The notes: generated by a model from the letters alone, not told the origin. Shown: positions 25,390-34,213, counted from the stretch's first letter. The stretch: 64,000 nucleotides of DNA from Acidimicrobiales bacterium (GCA_036563805.1 DATCLS010000050.1:3964-67963); one strand, 5' to 3'. Made by a program: numbers and translations.

Positions 25390-26842
25390 CGGCGACGGCG
25401 CTGCGGATGATGTCCACCGCCTCCTCGACCCGGTCGCGGTGGGTGCGGTGCGACAGGATGCAGGCCCGGATGACGAACCGTCCGCCGATCCGGGTGCTGG
25501 ACAGGAGGATGCGGTTGGAGGCGTTGATCCGCTCCAGCAAGCGGGCGTTGGCGGCGTCTAGCTCCTCGTTCCGCTCGGGGTCGTCGGCCGTGGGGTCGGG
25601 GCCGACGACGTCGCCGTCGCCGGCGCCCGGCGGCCGGTAGCGGAACGCCACCGCGGTCAGCTGCGGCTCCCACGGCACCTCGAGCCGGGGCGTGGCCCGC
25701 AGCTCCTCGTACAGGTAGCCGGCCAGATCGAGCTTCTCGTCGAGCGCGTCCCGGAAGGCGCCCAGCCCGTGGAGCATGATCGGCAGCCACAGGCGCAGAC
25801 CCCGGAAGTTGCGGGACAGCTCGGGGGAGTACTCGTTGAAGCTGGGGATGCGCTCCGACTCGCCGACGTCCTGCAGGTAGGCGGCGCCCACGTGGTGGGC
25901 GTCGCGCAGGCGGGGGCCGTCCCGCACGAGCAGCGCACCCGTCCCGTAGGGCAGGAACATCGCTTTATGGGGGTCGAGCGTGATCGAGTCGGCCCGGTCG
26001 ATGCCGGCCAGGCGCTCCCGGCCCCGGGCCGTGAGGCGGAACGGCCCGCCGTAGGCGGCGTCGACGTGGAGCCACAGGCCCTCGGACTCGCAATAGGCGG
26101 CCAGGTCGGCGAGCGGGTCGATGGCGCCGGTGTTGGTCGTGCCCGCCGACGCGACCACGCAGAACGGCTGGCGCCCGGCCCGCCGGTCCCGGGCGACGAG
26201 GTCGGCCAGGGCGTCGACGTCCATGCGCAGGTCGGGCGTGGTCGCCACCATACGGACGTTGCCGGGCGGGAACCCGGCCACGTGGGCGGCCTTGGCCACC
26301 GAGGCGTGGGTCTGGTCGGTGACGTACAACGTGCCGGCCAGGAAGTTCTCGGGCAGGCGGGCGTGGCGGGCGGTGACGAGGCCGGCCAGGTTGGCCAGCG
26401 ACCCGCCCGAGGTCAGCACGCCCCGGGCGGCGTCGGGGTAGTCGAACAGGTCGCACAGCCACCGGACGGTCGTCCACTCCATCTGGGCCAGGGCCGGGGC
26501 CAGGCTCCAGAGGGTCACGTAGCGGTTGACGGCGGCGGCCAGGAAGTCGGCGATCGCCGAGGCCCACAGCCCGCCGCCCGGGATGTAGCCCATGTAGCCC
26601 GGACCGGCGAAGTCGAGCGAGGTGGCCACCCCCTCGGCGAACGTGGCCAGGAGGCGGGCGAAGTCCGTACCCTCCTCGGGGGCGGGCTCGCGCAGCCGCT
26701 CGGCCAGCTCCAGCGCCCCGGGCAGCCCCGACGCCGGGGCGTCGGGCAGCTCGGCCAGGAACTCCTCGAGGTACGAGAGCGCCGCCGCGCCCATGGCCCG
26801 CGTCTCGTCGGGGCCGGGTTCCAAGGGGAACGTCGCGGTCAC
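25367..26842 (-). CDS. PLP-dependent group II decarboxylase (aromatic amino acid/glutamate decarboxylase family)
   Basis: TSGGSLANL and SITLDPHKAMF (PLP lysine). GTG 26842 lies 7 nt after TACCGT. The rest of ORF 25367..28006 is shadow. Confidence 0.85.
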   Translation of the reverse strand: MTATFPLEPGPDETRAMGAAALSYLEEFLAELPDAPASGLPGALELAERLREPAPEEGTDFARLLATFAEGVATSLDFAGPGYMGYIPGGGLWASAIADFLAAAVNRYVTLWSLAPALAQMEWTTVRWLCDLFDYPDAARGVLTSGGSLANLAGLVTARHARLPENFLAGTLYVTDQTHASVAKAAHVAGFPPGNVRMVATTPDLRMDVDALADLVARDRRAGRQPFCVVASAGTTNTGAIDPLADLAAYCESEGLWLHVDAAYGGPFRLTARGRERLAGIDRADSITLDPHKAMFLPYGTGALLVRDGPRLRDAHHVGAAYLQDVGESERIPSFNEYSPELSRNFRGLRLWLPIMLHGLGAFRDALDEKLDLAGYLYEELRATPRLEVPWEPQLTAVAFRYRPPGAGDGDVVGPDPTADDPERNEELDAANARLLERINASNRILLSSTRIGGRFVIRACILSHRTHRDRVEEAVDIIRSAVAGLAESDG

Positions 26843-26873
26843 ACCGCGGACGGTACCGAGGTGGCTGCGGGCC

Positions 26874-26903
26874 GTTTGGCCAAAGTTCCGCCGGGTAGCC
26901 CCC
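26874..26903 (+). promoter_or_regulatory. SigF/SigB-like promoter candidate GTTT-N15-GGGTA
   Basis: GTTT (26874-26877) and GGGTA (26893-26897) are separated by 15 nt, about 40 nt upstream of ATG 26939. The -35 part sits in the palindrome TTTGGCCAAA (26875-26884). Confidence 0.35.
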
Positions 26904-26938
26904 GGGGGAGAGTGGCGGACGGAGAGGAGGACCCTTCC

Positions 26939-27712
26939 ATGCGCTTGTTCGCACGCAAGCACCGAGACGTGGACGCCGAGGACCGGGACGCCGACCTCGA
27001 GCGCCGGGATGCCGACCTCACGCGGCGGGACACTGAGCTCGAGGCCCGGGATGCCGATTTCACGCGTCGGGATGCCGACCTCACGCGTCGGGATGGCGAG
27101 CTCGAGGCCCGGGATGCCGAGCTCGAGCGCCGGGATGCCGACCGCCACGACGCGGGCGAGGGCGCGCCGGCGGGCGCGATGCCGATGTCCGAGGAGCCCG
27201 TCGCCGAGCGGGGGCCCGCGGCCGACGAGGAGGTCGCCGAGGAGCGGATCGACCTGGTCAAGCAGCGCTGGAGCCTGGGGACCGCGCTGACCACGCTGGC
27301 CGGCGCCGCCCTGATCGCGCTCGGGATCGTGGCGCTGCTGCGGACCGAGGTCGACGACACCTGGTACCGCCCGGTCGAGCAGGTGCTGAACATCGACCAC
27401 ACGCCGTTGCTGGCGGCGATCGAGATCGGGGTCGGCGTCGTGCTCGTGCTGCTCGGCCTGTCCGGAGCCCGGGTCCTGAGCGCGCTCGTGTGCCTCGCCG
27501 TGGCCGTCGGTGCCACCGTGGTCGCCGTCGACCCCAGCGAGTTCCGCGAGGAGCTGGCCATGGAGCGCTGGTGGGCCATCACCCTGGCCGTCGCCGGCGC
27601 CGTGCTGGCCCTGCTGCTGATGGCCTCCCGCCCCGGCAAGGTCGAGCGCCACTACCGCACCGTCCGCACCCCCGCGCGTGGCGGCTACGGCCGCGCCGTC
27701 CCCCAGCCCTGA
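26939..27712 (+). CDS. Membrane protein with an N-terminal Asp/Arg heptad-repeat domain and about 4 C-terminal TM segments
   Basis: ATG 26939 with GGAGAGGAGG 8 nt upstream. The N-terminal part is (RDADL[TE]R)n. The C-terminal half is hydrophobic (LGTALTTLAGAALIALGIVALL etc.). Confidence 0.8.
   Translation: MRLFARKHRDVDAEDRDADLERRDADLTRRDTELEARDADFTRRDADLTRRDGELEARDAELERRDADRHDAGEGAPAGAMPMSEEPVAERGPAADEEVAEERIDLVKQRWSLGTALTTLAGAALIALGIVALLRTEVDDTWYRPVEQVLNIDHTPLLAAIEIGVGVVLVLLGLSGARVLSALVCLAVAVGATVVAVDPSEFREELAMERWWAITLAVAGAVLALLLMASRPGKVERHYRTVRTPARGGYGRAVPQP
26984..27151 (+). repeat. 21-bp tandem repeat, about 7.5 units (cgggatgccgacctcacgcgt), in frame
   Basis: Units start at 26984, 27005, 27026, 27047, 27068, 27089, 27110 and 27131. 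They encode RDADLER/RDADLTR/RDTELEA and similar. Confidence 0.9.
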
Positions 27713-28314
27713 CCCGAGGCCCGTTACCGGCCCAGCCCGACCGGCCCAGCCCGACCCGGCGGCGGAGGTGGCGCAGGAGACCTCGGCGGGGGGAGCGCCG
27801 CTCCCCCCGCCGCCTCCCGTGGTGGGGGCGCGCCCGCCCTGCCTCTGGGCGCGGTCCACGGCGAAGCCGAGCGAGGCGGCTGGGGTCCGGCAGCGGCCGG
27901 GGATGGCGAGGTGCGGGGCGGCACGGCGGGGGCGGGCCGAGCGGTGGGCTGGCGTCGCGGTGCCTTTGATCGCGGCCGCCGGCGGCGAGTCGACCCAAGG
28001 TCGCACGCATGTGGCGCAGCCGCCGCGTCAGGCGCGCCTGGGCCCGCCCGGAGGCCAGCGGTCCGCCCGTGCGCCGGGCCAGCCACGCGGCCGCGGACTT
28101 CGACCCGTCGTCGGGCATACGAGCGCTGAGCTTCGAAGGCGGCGGTGAGTTCGGCCCGCCCGGCGGCGATGAGCCGTTCGGCGGGGTGCAGGGCCACGAG
28201 CTCGTCGCCAAGCTCCTCACCCGAGAGCGCGGCGCAATCGCAGACCACGGGCTGTTCGGCGCCTCGTCGGATGAGGCTCGATGGCTTCCATGTCCCGCCA
28301 GCGTACCACGTGTA

Positions 28315-28330
28315 ACGAACACATGTTCGT
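28315..28330. promoter_or_regulatory. LexA (SOS) box ACGAAC-ACAT-GTTCGT
   Basis: Matches the actinobacterial/Gram-positive SOS box core GAAC-N4-GTTC (TCGAAC-N4-GTTCGA type). It lies between two divergent TANNNT elements (28300-28305 minus strand, 28344-28349 plus strand). Confidence 0.6.
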
Positions 28331-28356
28331 GGGGTGGCGAAGCTAGCCTCCGCCGG

Positions 28357-28743
28357 ATGGTCGCCTTCCTGAGCCCCGAGTGGGTCGAGCGGCAGCGCGA
28401 GCTGCTGAAGGACCTTCCCGGTGGGGAGGACGTCAGCGTGCGGGTCCGCTGCGTCGTGACCGGCGGTCCGGACGGCGACGTCACGTACCACCTCGAGTTC
28501 GACGGCGGCCGGGCGGTGAGCGGCGGGCCGGGTCCGGGCGACGAGCCTGACGTGGTGCTGACGACGACCTACGAGGTGGCCCGCGACATCGCCCGGGGCG
28601 ACCTCGAGCCGAGCGTGGCGTTCATGCAGGGCGTCCTGAAGACGCAGGGGCCGACGGCCCAGCTCGTGCCGCTCCTGGCGCTCACGCAGAGCCCGGCCTA
28701 CCAGGCGGCGGCCGAGCGGCTGCGCGCCGAGACCGAGCTCTGA
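28357..28743 (+). CDS. SCP2 sterol-binding-domain protein
   Basis: ATG 28357 lies 7 nt after TAGCCT. MVAFLSPEWVERQRELL ... SVAFMQGVLKTQGPTAQLVPLL is typical of small SCP2-fold proteins. Confidence 0.8.
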   Translation: MVAFLSPEWVERQRELLKDLPGGEDVSVRVRCVVTGGPDGDVTYHLEFDGGRAVSGGPGPGDEPDVVLTTTYEVARDIARGDLEPSVAFMQGVLKTQGPTAQLVPLLALTQSPAYQAAAERLRAETEL

Positions 28744-28777
28744 CCGCGCCGCAGCCGGCGGCTGGCAGCCGGAGCCG

Positions 28778-29614
28778 TCAGCCGCCGGCGCGCTGCAGCT
28801 CGCGCAGCTCGCGGTAGCCGATGAGGCGGGCGCCGGCCCGCTCGAGCATGGTGCGCAGGCTGTGGTCGGAGACGACCAGGTCGTGGTCGTCGACGCAGCC
28901 CGCCCAGTTCGGCGTCAGCGCCCGCAGCTCGGGCGTGTCGATCGCCGGGTGCACGTACAGCTCGGTCACGCCGGGCAGCAGGTCGAGCACCGCCCGCTCG
29001 ATGTAGCGGCGGCTGCCCACGCCGGGCACCGCCACCAGGTGGTCGGGGAACACGACGCCCTCGGCGGCGGCCAGCTTGCGGAACGGGAAGCCGATCGACC
29101 GCTCGGTGGACGCCCCCGATAGCCGGATCGGTAGCCCGAACTCGACGGCGAGGTCGAGGTAGATGTCGAAGAACTCGGGCTTGAGCTGCAGGGTGCCCAG
29201 GTGGCTGTCGAGGTGGCTGACGTCGAAGCCCCACAGGATCGCCCGCTCGATCTGGGCCCGCAGCTCGCGCCGTGCCTCGTCGAGATCGGCGTGCTCCCAC
29301 AGGTCGCGCACCGTGCGGGGGAAGCCGCCGTCGCCGTCGAGCAGCGACGGCGCCCGGGTGATCGGGCCCCACCGGTACAGGTCGTGTTCGGCGTTCAGCG
29401 TCAGGTGGACGCCGACGTCCTCGCCCCGGTAGCGGGACGCCGCCTCGCGGGCCCAGGGGCAGGGCACCATGAGCGAGGCGCTGGTGGCCAGCCCGTCGCG
29501 CACGGCCTCGTACACCCCCACGTTGGCGGCGTGGCTCGACCCGAGATCGTCGCAGTTGATGATGACCAGCCGGGCGTCGGGTGGTTCACCGAGGCGTTCC
29601 GCGAGCGTGACCAT
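28778..29614 (-). CDS. YdjC/ChbG-family carbohydrate deacetylase-like protein
   Basis: IINCDDLG and SHLDSH motifs. ATG 29614 lies 7 nt after TAGCCT. Confidence 0.85.
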   Translation of the reverse strand: MVTLAERLGEPPDARLVIINCDDLGSSHAANVGVYEAVRDGLATSASLMVPCPWAREAASRYRGEDVGVHLTLNAEHDLYRWGPITRAPSLLDGDGGFPRTVRDLWEHADLDEARRELRAQIERAILWGFDVSHLDSHLGTLQLKPEFFDIYLDLAVEFGLPIRLSGASTERSIGFPFRKLAAAEGVVFPDHLVAVPGVGSRRYIERAVLDLLPGVTELYVHPAIDTPELRALTPNWAGCVDDHDLVVSDHSLRTMLERAGARLIGYRELRELQRAGG

Positions 29615-29644
29615 CGAGGTCAGGCTACCTGCGGGTCGGCGGAG

Positions 29645-30541
29645 CTAGCCGGACGTGTCGCGAGCCGGCGGCGGCCCCACCGCCACGTCGGCGCTCCCGC
29701 AGGCGGACCACAGGCCGGCGCCGGCGGCCCGGGCCGCGGCCTCGGCGGCGTGCAGCTCCGACCGAAGGGCCGTGTTGGGCGGGTGGTCGTCGGCCTCGGC
29801 GAAGCCGCCGTCGACCTGGGCGCGGTTGAGGAGCAGGCCGTCGCCGGACCGGTAGACGTAGGCGAGCAGCCGGTCGTACATGTCGCGGGCCTCGACGTCG
29901 CGCTCGAGTCGGACCGCGGTGCCGGCCGGGGCGAGCGCCCGCAGGTGGTCGGAGGCCTCGGCGCCGTAGCACTCGACCGGGCGCCCGGGGGCGACGGTCT
30001 CGGGCGTGTCGATGCCGATCAGCCGCACCGGGACCTCGCGGCCGGCGAGCTCGACGACCAGCGTGTCGCCGTCGACCACGCGGACGACCGTGGCCTGGCC
30101 CGGGGCGCCCGGGGAACCCGAGCCGCTGCCGAGCTCGCTCGCGGCTCGGCCGACCGCCAGGCACGCCGCGGCGGCCAGGACCGCCAGCACGGCGAGCAGC
30201 ATCGCGCCCCGCCTGACCCGGGACCACCCCCGGCGCCTGAACGTGCCCCGGTCGGCCTCGCCCACGCTGTGGCGCCCGGACAAGACCGCACCCCGGCCGG
30301 TCCGGCCAGTGCCCCGGCGGCCGGCCGGACCCGGGCCACGGCCGACCCGAGCCAGCCCTCGGCGCTCGGGCGGAGTCGGGTTGCGATCGGGCCGATAGCG
30401 GTTCCGGAGCCCCAGCGGTGGGTGCCGGCGCGCTGGCGAGGCCCGGCGGGCAGAGGACGGTGAGGACGCCGCTGCGGGCGACGCGGGTGGGGGTGACGCC
30501 GGTGGGGCCGACGCGGACGGGGGCGACGTGGGTTGGGACAT
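29645..30541 (-). CDS. Thermonuclease (staphylococcal nuclease, SNase) family protein with TM/signal segment
   Basis: VVDGDTLVV ... VRLIGIDTPE SNase motifs after MLLAVLAVLAAAAC. ATG 30541 has GAGGAGG 4 nt upstream and adds a Pro/Ser/Arg-rich N-terminus. Alternative starts at GTG 30265 or ATG 30202. Confidence 0.7.
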   Translation of the reverse strand: MSQPTSPPSASAPPASPPPASPAAASSPSSARRASPARRHPPLGLRNRYRPDRNPTPPERRGLARVGRGPGPAGRRGTGRTGRGAVLSGRHSVGEADRGTFRRRGWSRVRRGAMLLAVLAVLAAAACLAVGRAASELGSGSGSPGAPGQATVVRVVDGDTLVVELAGREVPVRLIGIDTPETVAPGRPVECYGAEASDHLRALAPAGTAVRLERDVEARDMYDRLLAYVYRSGDGLLLNRAQVDGGFAEADDHPPNTALRSELHAAEAAARAAGAGLWSACGSADVAVGPPPARDTSG

Positions 30542-30662
30542 GGGCCCTCCTCGACGGCGGCGGTTCCGGGCGGCGGTGCGGCCGCGAGGCGCCGTCGGCG
30601 CGGAGGGCCCGACCCCAGGTCAGGCGATCAGGTGAGCGGGGCGGATCAGCGCCGCCCGAGGC

Positions 30663-31841
30663 TCAGATGCGCTCGAGGATGGTGCCGGTGCCCAGGCCGC
30701 CGCCGCAGCACATCGTGACCAGGGCGGTCGACTTGTCGGCCCGCTCCAGCTCGTGGAGGGCCTTGGTCACCAGGATCACGCCGGTGCCGCCGAGCGGGTG
30801 GCCGAGGGCGATGGCCCCGCCGTTGGGGTTGGTGCGCTCGAGGTCGGCGTCGAGCTCGCGCTGCCAGGCCAGCACCACCGAGGCGAACGCCTCGTTGATC
30901 TCGACCAGGTCGATGTCGGACAGCGCCATGCCCATGCGCGACAGGAGCCGCTGCGTGGCGTCGATGGGGCCGGTGAGCATCAGTACCGGGTCGACGCCGA
31001 CCAGGCACGTGTCGACGATCCGGGCCCGGGCCCGCAGCCCGAGGGCCTTGGCCTTGTCGGCGGACATGAGCAGGATGGCGCCCGCCCCGTCGCTGATCTG
31101 CGAGGACGACCCCGCCGTGTGCACCCCGTCGGGTCGGGCCACCGGCTTGAGGCCGGCGAGCGCCTCGAGCGAGGTCTCGCGCAGGCCCTCGTCGCGGTCG
31201 ACCCGGTGGGTCGAGCCGGTCGGCTTGCCCTCCTCGTCGAGGTCGGGGGCCTCGATGGGCAGGATCTGCGTGTCGAATCGCCCCTCGGCCCAGGCCTCGG
31301 CGGCCCGCTGCTGGGACATCAGACCGAAGGCGTCGGCGTCCTGGCGGGTGATGCCCCACTTGTCGGCGATCCGTTCGGCGCCCTCGAACTGGGACGTGAA
31401 CTCGTACTGGGGGAAGTAGGTCTTGGGGATCGGCACGCCCAGGCCCAGCTTCTTGGACGAGTTCGACCCGATCGGCACCCGGGACATCAGCTCGACGCCG
31501 GCCGCGACGGCGACGTCGACCACGCCGGCGGCGATGAGCCCGGTGGCGAGGTTGGTGGCCTGCTGCGACGACCCGCACTGGGTGTCGACCGTGGTGGCGG
31601 CGGTCGACTGGGGCAGGCCGGCCGTGAGCCAAGCCGTCCGCCCGATGTTGAAGGACTGCTCGCCGACCTGGCTGACGCAGCCCGTCACCACCTGGCCGAC
31701 CTCGGTCGGGTCGATACCCGAGCGATCGACGACCTCGCGCAGCACCGAGGCCAGCAGGTCGGCGGGATGCACCGACGAAAGCCCCCCGTTGCGGCGACCG
31801 ATCGGCGTGCGGACAGCTTCGACGATCACGACTTCGGTCAT
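30663..31841 (-). CDS. Acetyl-CoA C-acyltransferase (thiolase)
   Basis: VDTQCGSSQQA (nucleophilic Cys), NEAFA, GGAIALGHPLGGTG, MCCGGGLG. ATG 31841 lies 6 nt after TACCCT. The ORF track starts at GTG 31883. Confidence 0.9.
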   Translation of the reverse strand: MTEVVIVEAVRTPIGRRNGGLSSVHPADLLASVLREVVDRSGIDPTEVGQVVTGCVSQVGEQSFNIGRTAWLTAGLPQSTAATTVDTQCGSSQQATNLATGLIAAGVVDVAVAAGVELMSRVPIGSNSSKKLGLGVPIPKTYFPQYEFTSQFEGAERIADKWGITRQDADAFGLMSQQRAAEAWAEGRFDTQILPIEAPDLDEEGKPTGSTHRVDRDEGLRETSLEALAGLKPVARPDGVHTAGSSSQISDGAGAILLMSADKAKALGLRARARIVDTCLVGVDPVLMLTGPIDATQRLLSRMGMALSDIDLVEINEAFASVVLAWQRELDADLERTNPNGGAIALGHPLGGTGVILVTKALHELERADKSTALVTMCCGGGLGTGTILERI

Positions 31842-31914
31842 GGCTGCAGGGTAGGGGCGGAGGGTCGCGTCGTGCGAGGCCACGGCGGGCGCGAGGCGGG
31901 ACCGCGGTGCGCGA

Positions 31915-32181
31915 TCAGCGGCGGGGCGACCGGTCGAGCGCCTCGAGCACCAGGAGGAGCAGGGCCGCCCCCACGAAGGCGACGAAGATGGAGGCCAGGT
32001 CGAACTCGTCGAACGTGTCGACCTCGTCGCCGGTGGCGAGCCGGAACAGGGCGCCGCCGAGGAGGGCGCCGAGGATGCCGATCACGATGGTGCCCAGGCA
32101 GCCCCGCTTGCGGGCACCGGTGGCGGCGCGGGCGAGAGCGCCGGCGATGAAACCCACGACGAGCCAGCCCAGGATGCTCAT
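31915..32181 (-). CDS. GlsB/YeaQ/YmgE-family small membrane protein
   Basis: MSILGWLVVGFIAGALA ... GTIVIGILGALLGGALF. ATG 32181 lies 7 nt after TAGCCT. Confidence 0.85.
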   Translation of the reverse strand: MSILGWLVVGFIAGALARAATGARKRGCLGTIVIGILGALLGGALFRLATGDEVDTFDEFDLASIFVAFVGAALLLLVLEALDRSPRR

Positions 32182-32219
32182 GGCCCGCAGGCTAGGACCC
32201 CGACAGGCGGAGGCTGGAC

Positions 32220-32492
32220 TCAGGCGGCGGTGCGGCGAGCGGCAGGCCGGCGGGCGGGCGACCGGCGGTGGGGGACCGGAGCCGGCGGCTCGGGCCGCAC
32301 GCCGGGCTCCTGATGGGGCTGGTCGTGGGGTCGGTCGGGGTCGCCCGGAGATCGGGACCGACGGCCAGCCTGCAGGGCCGCCCGGGCCCGGGCGATGCCC
32401 TCGAGCCCGACCCGGCGCGTGCGCTCGTCGAGCCGCCAGCTGGGCTGCGTGTCGACCAGGAGGAGCTGGTGGGAGTTCGTCGTCTTCGTCAT
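32220..32492 (-). CDS. Hypothetical small protein
   Basis: ATG 32492: MTKTTNSHQLLLVDTQPSWRLDERTRRVGLEGIARARAALQA, followed by a Pro/Arg-rich tail. No recognisable family. Confidence 0.4.
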   Translation of the reverse strand: MTKTTNSHQLLLVDTQPSWRLDERTRRVGLEGIARARAALQAGRRSRSPGDPDRPHDQPHQEPGVRPEPPAPVPHRRSPARRPAARRTAA

Positions 32493-32580
32493 GCGCCCAG
32501 TATCCGCAGGGGGTGTGACAAACAAGCCGGCCGCACCTCGCCCCTGCCGGGGGCGCACACACAAATCTCCCGGACCCGGT

Positions 32581-32745
32581 GCCCGCTGGGCCGGCCCGTT
32601 CGGACCGGGGTGTTGGGGTCCGGTCGCAGGCCCGGTCCGGGCGCCCGCTGGGCCGGCCCGTTCGGACCGGGGTGTTGGGGTCCGGTCGCAGGCCCGGTCC
32701 GGGCGCCCGCTGGGCCGGCCCGCTCAGACCGGGGCGTTGGGGGCG
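32581..32745. repeat. 62-bp tandem repeat, about 2.6 copies, overlapping the amidase stop codon
   Basis: Copies start at 32581, 32643 and 32705. The third, divergent copy contains the last codons and the TGA of CDS 32724..34115. In the other copies the stop position reads CGA. Confidence 0.85.
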
Positions 32746-34115
32746 ACGAGCGGCCAGGGCCGCTCGCGCTCGACGACCAGGGCCAGGTCGAGCAGCAGGG
32801 CGTCCTCGTGGTGGCGGCCGATGATCTGCATGCCCACCGGCAGCCCGTCGACGTGCTCGATCGGGATCGAGATGGCCGGGTTGCCCACGATGTTGGCCGG
32901 GATGGTGAGGGCGCCGTTGTTCTCGGGCCCCACGTGCTGCTCGCCGACCCGGGTGTTCAGCGCCACGTCGGCCGGGAACGCTACGTCGGGGTTGGTGGCG
33001 CAGATGATGAGGTCGACCTGGTCGAACAGGTCGGCCATGGCCTCGTTGGCCTCGACTCGCTGCTCCTCGACCCGGGCGGCCAGCTCGAGGCCGTACATCT
33101 GCTGGGCGACCTCGACGCCGAACGCCATCTCGACCGTCATGTCGTCCTTGCAGTCCGGCCACCGGTCGCCGAGCAACCGGCGGACCTGCGCCAGGTTGGA
33201 CATGGCCCACTCGTAGCCGAGGCCGGGCAGCCGGACCGGCACGTCGACCAGCCGCAGCCCGGCGTCGCGGGCCAGGGCCTCGCCGGCCGCCCGCACGGCG
33301 GCCGCCACCTCGGGTCGCACGACGGCGTTGCCGAGGTCGGGGGCGATCACCGCCCGGAGGCCCCGCAGGTCGCGGGTCCCGAGGTCGCGCTCCCACCCCT
33401 CGACCTTGGGGAGGCTGTAGGGGTCGCGGGAGTCGTAGCCGGAGCACACGTCGTACCAGCGGGCCACGTCCCGCACGGAGCGGGCCACGCACCCCACCAC
33501 CACGGTCAGCGGCGCGATCTCGGTGCGCGGTCCCCGGGGGATCCGCCCGGCGGTCCCCTTCATCCCCACCAGGCCGCAGAAGCCGGCCGGGATCCGGATC
33601 GACCCGCCGCCGTCACCGGCCGTGGCGATCGGGACCAGGCCACCGGCGACCGCGGCCGCCGACCCGCCCGAGGACCCGCCGGCCGTGCGGCCGTGCCGCC
33701 ACGGGTTGTGGGTGACGCCGTGGAGCTTGGTCACGCTGACGTTGAGCCCACCGAACTCGCTGGCCGTGGTCTGGCCGGTCTTCACGACGCCGGCCTCCTC
33801 GAGCCGGCGCACCATCGTGCTCGTGTAGGAGGCCGTCTCGTCGGCCAGGACGAGGCTGGCGTCGGTGGCCGGCCAGCCCGCCACGGGCTCGAGCTCCTTG
33901 ACCCCGATCGGCACCCCGCCGAACGGGAGCGAGACGTCGGCCCTCGCGGCCGCGGCCCGCGCCGCCTCGGCGTCGATGTGGCAGAAGGCGTTGAGCTCGC
34001 TGGCCTCGATCGCGTCGAGCACCGCCTCGAGCTCCTCGGTCGGCTTGCGCTCGCCGGACCGGAAGGCGTCGACGAGCGAGCAGGCATCCCCCAACCAGGG
34101 CGTCGTCATGGCCAT
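32724..34115 (-). CDS. Amidase-signature (AS) family amidase
   Basis: GGSSGGSAAAVAGGLVPIATAGDGGGSIRIPA signature. ATG 34115 with GAGGA upstream. The ORF track starts at 34193. Confidence 0.85.
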   Translation of the reverse strand: MAMTTPWLGDACSLVDAFRSGERKPTEELEAVLDAIEASELNAFCHIDAEAARAAAARADVSLPFGGVPIGVKELEPVAGWPATDASLVLADETASYTSTMVRRLEEAGVVKTGQTTASEFGGLNVSVTKLHGVTHNPWRHGRTAGGSSGGSAAAVAGGLVPIATAGDGGGSIRIPAGFCGLVGMKGTAGRIPRGPRTEIAPLTVVVGCVARSVRDVARWYDVCSGYDSRDPYSLPKVEGWERDLGTRDLRGLRAVIAPDLGNAVVRPEVAAAVRAAGEALARDAGLRLVDVPVRLPGLGYEWAMSNLAQVRRLLGDRWPDCKDDMTVEMAFGVEVAQQMYGLELAARVEEQRVEANEAMADLFDQVDLIICATNPDVAFPADVALNTRVGEQHVGPENNGALTIPANIVGNPAISIPIEHVDGLPVGMQIIGRHHEDALLLDLALVVERERPWPLVAPNAPV

Positions 34116-34213
34116 GAGTGTTGCATCCTCGGTGGCGCCGTCGCCGTCCCCCGGCGCGTGGCCGACCGGCCCACCGCGCCCGGATCGGGCCACAGGCCGT
34201 AGAGTCCCGGCGC

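Noticed and set aside
28009-28356. N-terminal extension of the SCP2 protein (ORF 28009..28743 is in frame with ATG 28357)
   Set aside because: The extension would read through the AT-rich LexA box and the TAGCCT -10 element. The SCP2 fold is complete from ATG 28357. The codon signal cannot discriminate between it and the antisense frame.
31915-34202. Large ORFs 31915..33492(-) and 32268..34202(+) as real multi-domain genes
   Set aside because: Only the last 88 codons of the first (the GlsB/YeaQ protein) and none of the second look protein-like. The amidase on the minus strand (32724..34115) explains the region.
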